From an uncultured bacterium (lineage in GTDB: Bacteria; Patescibacteriota; Minisyncoccia; UBA6257; 2-01-FULL-56-20): DNA of 64,000 nucleotides. The notes under the pieces were generated by a model. It saw only the letters and a program-made list of their open reading frames with translations, made no database searches and was not told where the DNA came from. The position numbers and the translations under genes are program-made. How positions within the stretch are numbered: the first letter of the stretch is position 1; each line of letters starts with the position of its first letter. Shown piece after piece: positions 9,252-18,717 of this stretch. Where the stretch lies: assembly GCA_963707865.1 (NCBI GenBank), contig OY970175.1, positions 758,028-822,027 on the forward strand. The letters are read 5' to 3'.

Positions 9252-10622
9252 CTAGCTTTTGTAAATAATATCTTTGATTGTTAATATCTTTTGGTTAAGC
9301 GTGGCGCTTCTGTTGATTTCCTGGTTTATTTTTTCATAGGAATGGATGGCGGTGGTGTGGTCTCTCCCCATTTTCTCCCCAATGTACGGATAGGAAAGCT
9401 CTGAGATCTCCCGAAGTAAATACATAGCGATCTGGCGAGGCTCCACCACCTCTTTTCTACGGTTGTGGCTTATAATGTCCTCAATAGAGACACCAAAGAA
9501 TTCGGCAACCGCCTTCAGTATCTGGGCGTCGCTCACCCGCTTCGAAACGTTCTTGGTTGATTTTTCTATAATTTCCTCTGCAAGCGCCCTTGTGATTTCG
9601 GCCCCCTTTTGCTCTTGGAGGAAAAGCATTTTTTTTAATATTCCCTCAAGCTCGCGGATATTTTTCCTAAGGCGACGCGCGAGGAGGTCAATAATATCTT
9701 CGCCAAGGCTGCGGTTCGCCTCTAAAAGCTTGCTCCGGATGATGGCAACGCGCATCTCGTATTCTGGGTAACCGATGTCCGCGACGAAGCCGCCCTCGAA
9801 ACGGGACCGCAGGCGCTCCTCGAGCGTGGGGAGGGATTGCGGGGGTCGATCGGAAGAGATGATAATTTGTTTGCCTCCTTCGTACAGCGCGTTGAAGGTG
9901 TGGAAGAACTCCTCTTCGGTTTTTTCCTTCCCGCCGATAAACTGGATGTCGTCGATGATGAGCACGTCAACGTCGCGGTATTTTTTCTTCACACTTTCGA
10001 TTCGGTCGTTGCGCAACCCCCATACCACCTCGCGGGTATACTGCTCGGAGGGAACATATTTTGGCTTCACCCTCTTCCCGTTCCGTGCGACGATCTCGTT
10101 GCCGATCGCCTGGATGAGGTGCGTTTTCCCGAGTCCCACGCCGCCGTACACAAAAAAGGGATTATATTTTCCGATATGCTCCGCGATGGATTTCCCCGCA
10201 GTGAACGCAAGCTCGTTGGAGGGCCCTACCACAAACACAGAGAAGGTGTAGCGGGGGTTTAAATTGGTTTCGGGGTCTGCCTTATTGAAATCCAATTCTG
10301 CCGGGGCAAGCGTAGCGAGGTCGTTCGTGTCCGCCATGCTCTTTTGAGGTGCGGGTGCCCGTTGCCCTATGACGAACTCCACCTTTTTGATTGAGCTGTC
10401 CATGTTCCGCAGTATCCCAAGGATATTTTTTTGGTATTTTTCCTCAACCCAGGACTTGGCGAAATTATTTGGCAGAGCGACAAACAAAGTACCCTCTTCG
10501 CGCTCTATAGGCTTCGTGCCCCGGAGCCACAACGAGAAGTTCGCTTTCGTGAGTTGGATCTCCATTTCTCCTAACGTTGATTGCCAAAGCTTTTCGAGAT
10601 CCATGTTGTTGTTCATTATCAA
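9252..10622 (-). CDS. dnaA: Chromosomal replication initiator DnaA
   Basis: AAA+ Walker [18 protein letters not shown], DnaA domain IV at the C-terminus, 456 aa. Confidence 0.95.
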   Translation of the reverse strand: MIMNNNMDLEKLWQSTLGEMEIQLTKANFSLWLRGTKPIEREEGTLFVALPNNFAKSWVEEKYQKNILGILRNMDSSIKKVEFVIGQRAPAPQKSMADTNDLATLAPAELDFNKADPETNLNPRYTFSVFVVGPSNELAFTAGKSIAEHIGKYNPFFVYGGVGLGKTHLIQAIGNEIVARNGKRVKPKYVPSEQYTREVVWGLRNDRIESVKKKYRDVDVLIIDDIQFIGGKEKTEEEFFHTFNALYEGGKQIIISSDRPPQSLPTLEERLRSRFEGGFVADIGYPEYEMRVAIIRSKLLEANRSLGEDIIDLLARRLRKNIRELEGILKKMLFLQEQKGAEITRALAEEIIEKSTKNVSKRVSDAQILKAVAEFFGVSIEDIISHNRRKEVVEPRQIAMYLLREISELSYPYIGEKMGRDHTTAIHSYEKINQEINRSATLNQKILTIKDIIYKS

Positions 10623-10744
10623 CCCTTATGCCCGTCCCGTCAAAAAGTCAAACTACACCGTTTTGTGGATGGGATGTGCATAACCTGTTACAAGGGCCCA
10701 CGCCTCGCTGGCGCGTTTTTGAATCCCGTGATAAACTCTTCAAG
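10623..10744. promoter_or_regulatory. Divergent dnaA/rpmH promoter region carrying degenerate DnaA boxes (possible second oriC segment)
   Basis: TGTGGATGG at 10665-10673 (7/9); a further partial GTGATAA. Confidence 0.35.
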
Positions 10745-10879
10745 ATGTCGTTTACCTACAGTCCTAAAAAGAAAAAAAGGAAAAGGACGCACGGATTTTT
10801 GCGGCGGCAACGGGTACCGGGCGGCCGGCGCGTTCTCGCACGGCGCAGAGCGAAAGGGAGGCGGCGGATCAGCGTCTAA
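10745..10879 (+). CDS. rpmH: 50S ribosomal protein L34. The ORF track buries it inside longer overlapping ORFs.
   Basis: [44 protein letters not shown], 44 aa, canonical L34. Confidence 0.9.
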   Translation: MSFTYSPKKKKRKRTHGFLRRQRVPGGRRVLARRRAKGRRRISV

Positions 10880-10884
10880 TAGCG

Positions 10885-11217
10885 ATGCTTTCCAAATTAT
10901 CACGGTTGCCGAGCCGGGATTTTAGGGCGGGGCGGTGGGGAGTGGCATCAACGCCATACTTTGTATTGAAAATGAAACCGGGCATACAAGAGAAAATCAG
11001 GATTGGAGTTGTCGCGGGTGCCTCTGTGCACAAGAACGCCGCGAAGAGGAATTTTTGGAAGCGGCAGGCGAAAACAGCGCTCCTCGCGGCCGGCAGCGCG
11101 GGCACCGATTTCCTTGTTGTCCTCACTCCCAGAGTCAACACGCTCACTAAAAAGCAATTTAAGGAACTTTTGTTCCAGGCCCTCCTTCCCCACACAAAAA
11201 ACGATCACCGACAATGA
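10885..11217 (+). CDS. rnpA: RNase P protein component
   Basis: LSRLPSRDFRAGRWGV..YFVL and VVAGASVHKNAAKRNFWKRQAKTAL resemble RnpA core motifs. Position is immediately after rpmH. Confidence 0.8.
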   Translation: MLSKLSRLPSRDFRAGRWGVASTPYFVLKMKPGIQEKIRIGVVAGASVHKNAAKRNFWKRQAKTALLAAGSAGTDFLVVLTPRVNTLTKKQFKELLFQALLPHTKNDHRQ

Positions 11218-11933
11218 GCTACCTCTACCAAGCCATTCTTTACCGGCCCATTCTTAATCTTCTCGTTTATTTTTATGAAACGATCTCGTTCCGCGACCTT
11301 GGGATCGCTATAATATTCGTCACCATTCTCATCCGCCTGGTGCTGTATCCATTATTCCATAAAGGTGCCAAACAGCAGATGCTGATGCAGCGCATCCAGC
11401 CGAAAATTAAAAAAATCCAGGAGTTGCACAAAAACGACAAAGAAAAGCAGGCGCAGGCGCTGATGGGACTCTACAAGGAGCACGGGGTAAGTCCCTTCTC
11501 GAGTATCGTTCTTCTCGTCATTCAGTTGCCGATCATGATTGCTCTCTACTGGGTGGTGCGTTCTGCGCTCACGCCTGGAGAGCTCACAGGGTTGTATTCT
11601 TTTGTGGCGGTGCCGCAGGCCATCAACCCACTCTTCCTCGGTGCCATCAACCTCGCGGCCCCGAGCATCATCCTCATCCTCCTCGCCGCACTCGCCCAGT
11701 ACTTACAGGCGCGGCTTGCTATCTATCGGGACCCCGGGAGCAATGCGCCGCTTTCCTCCGCAGAGAAGATGGCGCGGCAAATGGTTTTCATCGGGCCCCT
11801 CGTCACCATTTTTATTTTTTACAGCTTGCCCGCCGCCGTCGGCCTCTACTGGCTCGTCACGTCACTCTTCTCGGTAGGACAGCAATTAATCATCAATAAG
11901 CATTTCAAAAAAGGAGAAACCGCGGCGGTATAA
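11214..11933 (+). CDS. yidC: Membrane protein insertase YidC (short form)
   Basis: Polytopic protein; ATGA overlap with rnpA; canonical rpmH-rnpA-yidC-jag order. Confidence 0.85.
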   Translation: MSYLYQAILYRPILNLLVYFYETISFRDLGIAIIFVTILIRLVLYPLFHKGAKQQMLMQRIQPKIKKIQELHKNDKEKQAQALMGLYKEHGVSPFSSIVLLVIQLPIMIALYWVVRSALTPGELTGLYSFVAVPQAINPLFLGAINLAAPSIILILLAALAQYLQARLAIYRDPGSNAPLSSAEKMARQMVFIGPLVTIFIFYSLPAAVGLYWLVTSLFSVGQQLIINKHFKKGETAAV

Positions 11934-12006
11934 CAAGATGTCCGCAGACGCCGAGCTCCCTTCCGCGGCTTGATTTTGGTGCGAGAGTATGGAATAGTAC
12001 CTTGAA

Positions 12007-12441
12007 ATGGAGAGTTGGGAAACGATTACCAAAAATATCGTGGAGGCAATGGGATTCCGCGATTATCGGTTGGAAATAAAACCAGAGGAAAAGCACGGCT
12101 CGCTTTTCATCTACGACGGTGGGAATCTTCTTAAAGAAAATCTCGCCGCCATCGTAGAGAGCGTGAACCATCTTTTTCAAATGATTGCAAAGAAGAATCA
12201 GATTGACCTCTTCTTTCTCGACGTGAACAGTTACCGGCAGGAGCGCGAGAACTTGATCGCCGAGCTTGCGCGCGCGGCGGCGAAGAAAGCGGTCGCGACG
12301 AAAAACGCGGTGCCGCTCCCCGCGATGAACTCGTATGAACGGAGAATCGTGCACGCGGAACTCGCGTTGCATCCCGAGGTGAAGACCGAGAGTTCGGGAG
12401 AAGGCAAAGAGCGCTATGTGGTTATAAAGCCGCTTTCGTAG
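12007..12441 (+). CDS. jag: Jag/KhpB-like R3H-domain RNA-binding protein
   Basis: R3H motif PMNSYERRIVH; follows yidC. Confidence 0.75.
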   Translation: MESWETITKNIVEAMGFRDYRLEIKPEEKHGSLFIYDGGNLLKENLAAIVESVNHLFQMIAKKNQIDLFFLDVNSYRQERENLIAELARAAAKKAVATKNAVPLPAMNSYERRIVHAELALHPEVKTESSGEGKERYVVIKPLS

Positions 12442-12451
12442 GGGTTCTGGT

Positions 12452-13687
12452 CTATTGCGTGGCGGTGGAGGTGCCGAGTGAGCGCGCGTAGAGTTTTTGA
12501 TCGTAGCGGTTGACGAAGAAGAGGATATTATTGAAAAACTTTACATTCGAAACGTCTAAGTTCTGCGATACGCTAGTAAGGACAGCGCCAACGCTCCCGT
12601 CAGACAAGTTCACTCGGTAAAGATCGTCGAGGGTCATGAACATTCTTTCCTCGTACGCGTCCGGCAATGAGTTGTTTTTGAGTTTCGTGGCATCACGAGG
12701 GACTCCGCAGAAAAGGGCCAAGGTCGATGATGCGCTCGCCACTGTGGTCGTGGTGAGCGTGGTTCCCGCGCTCGTTGCAAACGCGCACTTTGAGGGCAGC
12801 GTGAGGAAGCTCATCCGATGGACAAGATTGCCATCGTTATCAATGATCCCTAATTGCCCTCCGCGCGCAAGGTCTGTCCCTGCAAGGATGAGCCCAAGCG
12901 TCCCATTATTGTTCCACTGGGATTCAAGGCCAACCCGGTTGGCGACGATCTTTGAGAGCGCGCCCGTTTTCGCATTAACACTGAATATAGATCCAGAAAA
13001 CAGGGCACTGCTCTTATCAAAGAGGAAGATGCTGCCAGGAGACCGCCAGAGAACTTGAAAATCTGTGGCAGGAAAAGAAATGAGGAATTTTGGGCTGGCG
13101 TGAGGGTCGGAGGTGTCTATGGTTTCAAGCGAGCTTACGTCGTTTGTTTGGGCGAGATACGCAATTTGATAATTGGAAGGAGACCACGCCGCGGCAGTCG
13201 GGTTTGCTGAGAGAGGACTCCACGCTTTTTTAGTAATGTCAAAAACGCTCCACTGGAGGGCGGTCGGGTTGCCAAAGCCCACAAGGATCCGCTTGCCGTC
13301 GTAGGAAAAATCAGCAGAGACGACATTGGGTATTTCGGTGGAGTTCAAATAGGTCGACTGGTCGTTCGCGATTTGTTCGATTTTGCCATCGGGTTCCACG
13401 GTAATTACGGTATTGCTCGCGTCGACAAAGTAATTAAGCACGGGTTCGTTTGAAACGATACCGAAGCTGGCGATAGCTGTGGGTGACTGATTGGCGTTTC
13501 CTGTGGGGAGACCCGTTTGCCCAACCGTATTATTTGTGTTGGCTTGCGTTCCTGTCTGCGGAAGGGTGCCGGAAGACCCTTGCGGCAGCACCGTTTGTGT
13601 TTGATTGCGCGAAACGAGCCAAAGGGCCACAAGCCCGGCGATGATAGCCACGATAACTCCAACAATGATGTACCGGTAACGCCTCAT
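12452..13687 (-). CDS. Membrane-anchored protein with a Thr/Asn/Gln-rich linker and a beta-propeller-like C-terminal region (last gene of the T4SS-like operon)
   Basis: N-terminal transmembrane helix IIVGVIVAIIAGLVALWLV; 1-nt gap to the upstream gene. Confidence 0.55.
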   Translation of the reverse strand: MRRYRYIIVGVIVAIIAGLVALWLVSRNQTQTVLPQGSSGTLPQTGTQANTNNTVGQTGLPTGNANQSPTAIASFGIVSNEPVLNYFVDASNTVITVEPDGKIEQIANDQSTYLNSTEIPNVVSADFSYDGKRILVGFGNPTALQWSVFDITKKAWSPLSANPTAAAWSPSNYQIAYLAQTNDVSSLETIDTSDPHASPKFLISFPATDFQVLWRSPGSIFLFDKSSALFSGSIFSVNAKTGALSKIVANRVGLESQWNNNGTLGLILAGTDLARGGQLGIIDNDGNLVHRMSFLTLPSKCAFATSAGTTLTTTTVASASSTLALFCGVPRDATKLKNNSLPDAYEERMFMTLDDLYRVNLSDGSVGAVLTSVSQNLDVSNVKFFNNILFFVNRYDQKLYARSLGTSTATQ

Positions 13688-13688
13688 C

Positions 13689-14063
13689 TTACGGTTTAGT
13701 TAGTGGAAGGTTAAGATTTACGATATTCGGGTTCACTGTGTGGAGGATGATATATGCGCCGGCGAGAAGCAGGAGCCCAAGAAGCGCGTTCGTGACCCAA
13801 CCTTTTCCTTCGCTTTCGGCCGAGGGGTTGCCGCGACTCACCGCGTACTTGATGCCGCCATAGACAATCGCACCGAACGCAAGAATTCCCGCGACGAGAA
13901 GGGCGAAGCTGTAAAAACCTGACACAAACCCCGTCGTGCCTGTGCCGCTCGTCACGCCCGGGAGGTTGGTATTAATTTGAATGGTTACTGCGACTGCGCG
14001 GCGGATTGCGGTGGGGAGAAGCACTGCGGCGGCGGCGATACCAAAAGTCGTTTTTTTCATCAT
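13689..14063 (-). CDS. VirB2/TrbC-like pilin candidate
   Basis: 124 aa: cleavable signal peptide, then two hydrophobic helices separated by a short polar loop (SRGNPSAESEGKG), the VirB2 topology. Confidence 0.5.
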   Translation of the reverse strand: MMKKTTFGIAAAAVLLPTAIRRAVAVTIQINTNLPGVTSGTGTTGFVSGFYSFALLVAGILAFGAIVYGGIKYAVSRGNPSAESEGKGWVTNALLGLLLLAGAYIILHTVNPNIVNLNLPLTKP

Positions 14064-14752
14064 GATTTTTGGTAGGTGAGGACGGTGTTGGCGGTTGCCG
14101 TGGTTGAGTCGGATGGGTTCACGACAACGAGGTTTATGGAGATGGTTGTCCCCGGAGTAGTGCTCTCGCTTATAGCGAGAGTCGCCTCTTCCGGATTTTC
14201 CGCGGACTGCGTCGGTACTCCGTTCGCCGACCAGGCGTAAGTCAGCGCGGACGGGCCGGAAACATTAAAGAAGTAGGGCAGGGCTTTGATGTCTGCCGAG
14301 GACGAGGCGATTATGCCGCCCGGATAATCCGCCTCAATAGCGACCTTCGGGGCTACGACGGGAACTTGTATGTCCGCGACAAAAGGATTGCCGTTTGCGT
14401 CCTCCACTCTTGCCTGCAAGTCGGTGACCTGTTCGGTTGCCTGCGGCGCCGCGAACGATATTCTCTGAAGACCTTGTCCGGATTGGAGAAGCTCACCATC
14501 GGCATACCAGTAGATTGTGTAATCGGAAATATCCACTGGGACACCGTCGTTCAAAAGCATAACCCACGCCGTGACATTTGAACCTCCCGTGGGAAGTTGC
14601 TTCCCGTGGAATCCGGGCGGGACATATGTGTCGGTTGACCAGTCAATGATAGTTCCGGTAAGCGACGGCAACGCCGCTCGCGCCTGAATACTGAACATCG
14701 CGGCAAGGGCAATCGCCGCACCTACTACACAACTAGCTTTCATAATCCGCAT
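14060..14752 (-). CDS. Secreted protein with a signal peptide (Ig-like beta-rich), T4SS-like operon member
   Basis: Signal peptide MRIMKASCVVGAAIALAAMFSIQARA; ATGA overlap with the downstream gene. Confidence 0.55.
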   Translation of the reverse strand: MRIMKASCVVGAAIALAAMFSIQARAALPSLTGTIIDWSTDTYVPPGFHGKQLPTGGSNVTAWVMLLNDGVPVDISDYTIYWYADGELLQSGQGLQRISFAAPQATEQVTDLQARVEDANGNPFVADIQVPVVAPKVAIEADYPGGIIASSSADIKALPYFFNVSGPSALTYAWSANGVPTQSAENPEEATLAISESTTPGTTISINLVVVNPSDSTTATANTVLTYQKS

Positions 14753-14788
14753 TGCTTCAATTATACCAAATGGCGCCTCGGCGCGCCG

Positions 14789-15661
14789 CTACGCTGCCTC
14801 CGGGTTGTCGGTTTCTTCTTCTTGAGGACTTTCTTCTGCTTGGGCCGCCTGCGCCTCTTTTGCTTCTTCAGCAAGAGCTTGGATCTCTTCCGCCGAGGAC
14901 GGGAAGTATTTCTTCAGAGCTGCTTCCTCCGGCGGGACCATTGCAGGTGCCGCCTCTTCCTCAATTTTCTTATACTCTTCCTCTGCCCCCACCCTCTCAC
15001 CGGCTTCTTCCCCCGCCATTCCTGCCTCTCCAGTGGGCGCTTCTTCGCCAGTCGGGGGGGCACCTCCCGATTCCGGTGCTGTGGGTCCTTCCGCGCCGGG
15101 CGGTCCTGCGGCACCGCCTTCGGAGACGCCAGTTTGTGCCGAGGGCGCGCCACCTGCGGCTCCGGCCGGTGCTCCTTCTGCGGCGGCCCCTGCCCCCCCT
15201 GCGGCTACCCCCTTTGTCGCTGCACCTTCTACTGCCGCCCCCTCCGCCGCGGCCCCGCCGAGGGCACCGCCTTCGCCTCCTTCTAGTGCACCCCCCACCT
15301 TCTCAGCAACTTCTTCAACCACGGGGGTCCGGTCAATGATTATCGTGACAACCCAGGCAACGAGTGGGGTCGGAAGTGCCTGGACAATCGGGAACATCCC
15401 GGCGGCATAACCGACGATATTAGTAGCGACAACATTAGTCCCCCTCAATCCTTTCATGTAAAGGTAAAAAAACATCAATCCGCCGGCGACAGGCGCCGTA
15501 ATATCACCGACGACCGGGATAAGGTTGATGACGCACACCACAACAAGGCCGCTTCCAATAAGAAGTCCCTCGGTAAGCGTGATTTTCGGCTGGGACCGCG
15601 CCGCACCTCCGCCCGCGGGAGGCGCAGCCCCTGATTTTGGTTGTGGCGCCGCCTCGGCCAT
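14789..15661 (-). CDS. Membrane protein with a long Ala/Gly/Glu-rich disordered C-terminal tail
   Basis: Two to three transmembrane helices in the N-terminal half; start overlaps the stop of the upstream VirB4 ATPase ORF by 1 nt (ATGA). Confidence 0.55.
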   Translation of the reverse strand: MAEAAPQPKSGAAPPAGGGAARSQPKITLTEGLLIGSGLVVVCVINLIPVVGDITAPVAGGLMFFYLYMKGLRGTNVVATNIVGYAAGMFPIVQALPTPLVAWVVTIIIDRTPVVEEVAEKVGGALEGGEGGALGGAAAEGAAVEGAATKGVAAGGAGAAAEGAPAGAAGGAPSAQTGVSEGGAAGPPGAEGPTAPESGGAPPTGEEAPTGEAGMAGEEAGERVGAEEEYKKIEEEAAPAMVPPEEAALKKYFPSSAEEIQALAEEAKEAQAAQAEESPQEEETDNPEAA

Positions 15662-17400
15662 TACAGTTCTTTTTTCTCCTCCAGTAGCTGCTCCGGATTG
15701 GTGGTGATAATCTGGTCTTCAAAGTACGACGGCACAATCTGAATCGCGACATGGCGCTTGCCGGCGAAGAAAATTCCCGTGCCCACCTCTGCGCTCAAAA
15801 GGAAGTTTTTTTCCGCGTCCGTAAGGTCAAACGCCTTTGCTACGATATCAATCGTCGCCGGCGCCTGCTTTAAAAGCATCTGGAGAGATGAGTTCGTGAT
15901 AATGGGGCGCCCGTAGGGAGAGCGCAGGAAATCCTCCACGTCTTGCGTGATCGTGGAAACGCCAAGGAAATATTTCCGTGCGCGTTTCACAAGGCCGAAA
16001 AGGAACGTGGCCGAGTCGTCGTTCTTCATCATGATCCATGCCTCGTCAATGAAGAGCAGCCGCTTCGCGAGTTTCGCGCGGATCAGGCTCCAGATGTAGT
16101 TCAGAACGACGAACATCCCGATGGGGCGCAGCTCTTCCTCAAGGTCGCGGATGGAGAAGACGATGAGGCGGTTATTGACGTCAATGTTGGTCGGTTGGTT
16201 CAGGAGCCCCGCGAAGCTTCCTTCGGTGTATTTATAGAGTTTCTCCGACATGCCCCTACCCCCCTCAAGGTTGCGAAGAATGGTGGCGAGATCTCCCAAG
16301 AGTGGCGGTTCTTTTCCCGCGAAATCCAATCCGACGACGATTTCGCGCGAGGCGTAGGTTTCCGTGATCGCGCGGTCAAGGATAGCGTCCTCTTCGGGGG
16401 TGATCTTCCCCAACATAAGTTTGATCAGGCCCGCGAGCGTCACGATGTGCGACCGGAGGACGTCAGACGGCGTTTCGCCCTCGGGGATGAGCGGGAGGTC
16501 AAACGGGTTGATGTGCTCGTGCGCCGAGAGCGAAATATTGAACATGCTGCCGCCGAAGGTCTCGGCGAGCCGCTGATATTCGTTCTCCGGGTCAATCACG
16601 ATCACCATGTCCACGCCCGCCATGAGCGAGCGGATGATCTCCAGCTTCGTAGTGTACGACTTGCCGGAGCCGGACTTTGCGAAAACCACTTGGTTCGCGT
16701 TCTCCAGAGAAAAGCGGTCAAAGATCACAAGGTTACTGTTGTGCAGGTTGATGCCGTACATGATTCCCCGATTTGAGGAAAGGTCCTCCGAAACGAACGG
16801 GAAAAAAGAGGAAATCGGGCTTGTGTTCATCGGCGTATATATCTGCAATTTGTCCTCGTTGAGCGGAAGGACCGAGAAAAGCCCTTCCAGCTGTTCAAAA
16901 AGCGCCGGCTTCAGATAGATGAGTTTCGCCTCCATCATGTTTGTGAGCTTGCTCTCCAATCGCGCGAGGTCGTCGGCGTTGTCGGCGTAGATCGTGATGT
17001 AGACGCCGGTGTCAAAAAGCTTTTCCTGCGATTCTTGGAGGGAATCGCGCAGCCCCTCCACGTCTTTGATGGCGGTCTCCAGCATCGGATTCCGCACGAG
17101 GCCCTTATCCTCCTCGTCATTCAGCTGCGACTCCAGCTGGCCGGCCTTCTTGCGGAGATTTTTGAGCGCCGTGCCCGTATCAATCGGATTTACAAAAATG
17201 GAAATGTCAAAAAGGTTGGGGAGGTTGATAAGCGGCTCAAACCAGCCGGTCGCAAGATAGCGGGGGTATGAAAGTATAAAAAAGGTCTTCGCAACCTTGT
17301 CGCCGATTTTGAGGTAGCTGGGGAACACCTGCGCTCCCGCCGGCGCGATGATCTGTTTTATGTCTTTGAGTTGGCCGCGATTCTCGGGCATATTGTTCAT
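15661..17400 (-). CDS. virB4: VirB4/TrbE-family T4SS ATPase, ATPase (C-terminal) portion
   Basis: Walker A VFAKSGSGKSY; Walker B LLFIDEAW (the IDEAW hallmark of VirB4/TraE). Confidence 0.75.
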   Translation of the reverse strand: MNNMPENRGQLKDIKQIIAPAGAQVFPSYLKIGDKVAKTFFILSYPRYLATGWFEPLINLPNLFDISIFVNPIDTGTALKNLRKKAGQLESQLNDEEDKGLVRNPMLETAIKDVEGLRDSLQESQEKLFDTGVYITIYADNADDLARLESKLTNMMEAKLIYLKPALFEQLEGLFSVLPLNEDKLQIYTPMNTSPISSFFPFVSEDLSSNRGIMYGINLHNSNLVIFDRFSLENANQVVFAKSGSGKSYTTKLEIIRSLMAGVDMVIVIDPENEYQRLAETFGGSMFNISLSAHEHINPFDLPLIPEGETPSDVLRSHIVTLAGLIKLMLGKITPEEDAILDRAITETYASREIVVGLDFAGKEPPLLGDLATILRNLEGGRGMSEKLYKYTEGSFAGLLNQPTNIDVNNRLIVFSIRDLEEELRPIGMFVVLNYIWSLIRAKLAKRLLFIDEAWIMMKNDDSATFLFGLVKRARKYFLGVSTITQDVEDFLRSPYGRPIITNSSLQMLLKQAPATIDIVAKAFDLTDAEKNFLLSAEVGTGIFFAGKRHVAIQIVPSYFEDQIITTNPEQLLEEKKEL

Positions 17401-18074
17401 GTTGCTTCCTTCGGCAAGGCCATATCCTTTCGTTCAATGGTCTGAGGATTGTAGAAGTTGTAGAAAAGTTCCGCGAGCGCTTCGTCGTTCAAGATGGTCG
17501 CGTCAAGCCCCATGCCGAGAAGCCCTGTCGTGATCTGACTCGTGCGTTGGATGAGCTGCGCCAGATTTTCCTGGAAGATGCGCTCGGTCTCGGACGCATC
17601 CTTTGTCTCCGTTTCCTTGTTCTGTTTCTTCTTGAGGAACGGGAGAAATCCGGTGGCTTTTTTTGTTGACATGATACTCATTGGATAAAAAGGAACGACC
17701 ACAAGAAACGTCTTTTCCATGATCGCGTTCTTTTCCACGAATCCCTTTATGAATTGAACGTATTCGTCAATTTGACTCCGGAGCAGCGCGGTTTGTTCCG
17801 CTTCCTTCCGCGTGAGGAGCCCTTGTATGTATTTGTCAATGTTCACCTTCCGCGAATGCACCACGATCTGTAGCGGGAAATCAATACCGTTCAAAAAGTT
17901 CTGGTACCCTCCCGTGAGGAGATTTTGTTCGGATTCCGACTTGAGTGCGAAGTTCACGCCGCCCACAAGGACAACTTGCCGCATACTGCCGCCCTTAAGA
18001 ATGGCTGTGTTATTCCTGATCTCCTCGATGCTTACAAGGTCAAGGGAATTGCCAAAATCCTGTTTTGATGCCAT
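17397..18074 (-). CDS. VirB4 N-terminal domain encoded as a separate ORF (split VirB4)
   Basis: IEEIRNNTAILKGGSMRQVVLVGGVNFALKSESEQNLLTGGYQNFLNGIDFPLQIVV resembles the conserved N-terminus of Gram-positive VirB4-like ATPases. Stop and start overlap as ATGA. 225 + 579 = 804 aa, about full VirB4 length. Confidence 0.5.
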   Translation of the reverse strand: MASKQDFGNSLDLVSIEEIRNNTAILKGGSMRQVVLVGGVNFALKSESEQNLLTGGYQNFLNGIDFPLQIVVHSRKVNIDKYIQGLLTRKEAEQTALLRSQIDEYVQFIKGFVEKNAIMEKTFLVVVPFYPMSIMSTKKATGFLPFLKKKQNKETETKDASETERIFQENLAQLIQRTSQITTGLLGMGLDATILNDEALAELFYNFYNPQTIERKDMALPKEAT

Positions 18075-18096
18075 TGTTTATATTTTCTCATCATTA

Positions 18097-18633
18097 TCAG
18101 CGGTAGTCCACTCTCCGCGCCGCTTCGCGGTCGCCGGCGAGCTTTCGGAAAATCTCGTAATGGCCGCTCACTTTTTGTTCTTTGAGCTTCTTCGGCCCCC
18201 CCTTTGCTTTCTGGGGCTCCCTTGTCTTCGTTTTTACACCCACCTGGACATTTTCCCAGCTCTTATGGAGCGCCATACCCATGGCAATCTTCTCAAGAAC
18301 GCTGCTTTTAATCGGCTTCGCTTCCGGGGGCGCCTTATGCTTTTGTACTGCCGGATGTTCCGGCTGCCACACGTACGTTTGCGGGTTCCAGTAAAAGGAG
18401 AATGCCGAGAGGATGATTTTCGGAAGCGGCCTCCCTTCAATTTTTACGAACGAGATCGCAATGGCGCCGCCCACAAGGAAGAACGAAAGAAAAGCCCATA
18501 GCCACGTCTGGAGTATGAAATAAAGCAAGGCGGAGATGCCCGCGCCGATGCCGATGTAAACGAACTGTCGGAGCGACAAGGGCCCTACGATCTTATCCTC
18601 TGTATCTATAAATTGTGGGACCTGGAATTGCAT
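18097..18633 (-). CDS. PrgI-family (VirB3-like) small T4SS membrane protein
   Basis: VPQFIDTEDKIVGPLSLRQFVYIGIGAGI followed by two transmembrane helices. Confidence 0.55.
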   Translation of the reverse strand: MQFQVPQFIDTEDKIVGPLSLRQFVYIGIGAGISALLYFILQTWLWAFLSFFLVGGAIAISFVKIEGRPLPKIILSAFSFYWNPQTYVWQPEHPAVQKHKAPPEAKPIKSSVLEKIAMGMALHKSWENVQVGVKTKTREPQKAKGGPKKLKEQKVSGHYEIFRKLAGDREAARRVDYR

Positions 18634-18717
18634 TCACTATATTATAGCCCAAGTGTGCAGCTAAAGCCCCGGCAGGAGCCGGGGCTTCCTTCATCCGCCA
18701 TCCGCCACGGCTATCAA

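Noticed and set aside
14752-15410. Several Pro/Leu/Arg/Ala-rich plus-strand ORFs (14752..15339, 14822..15286, 15033..15410)
   Set aside because: Antisense to the low-complexity Ala/Gly/Glu-rich tail of the 14789..15661 gene. GC-rich repeats keep the opposite frames open.
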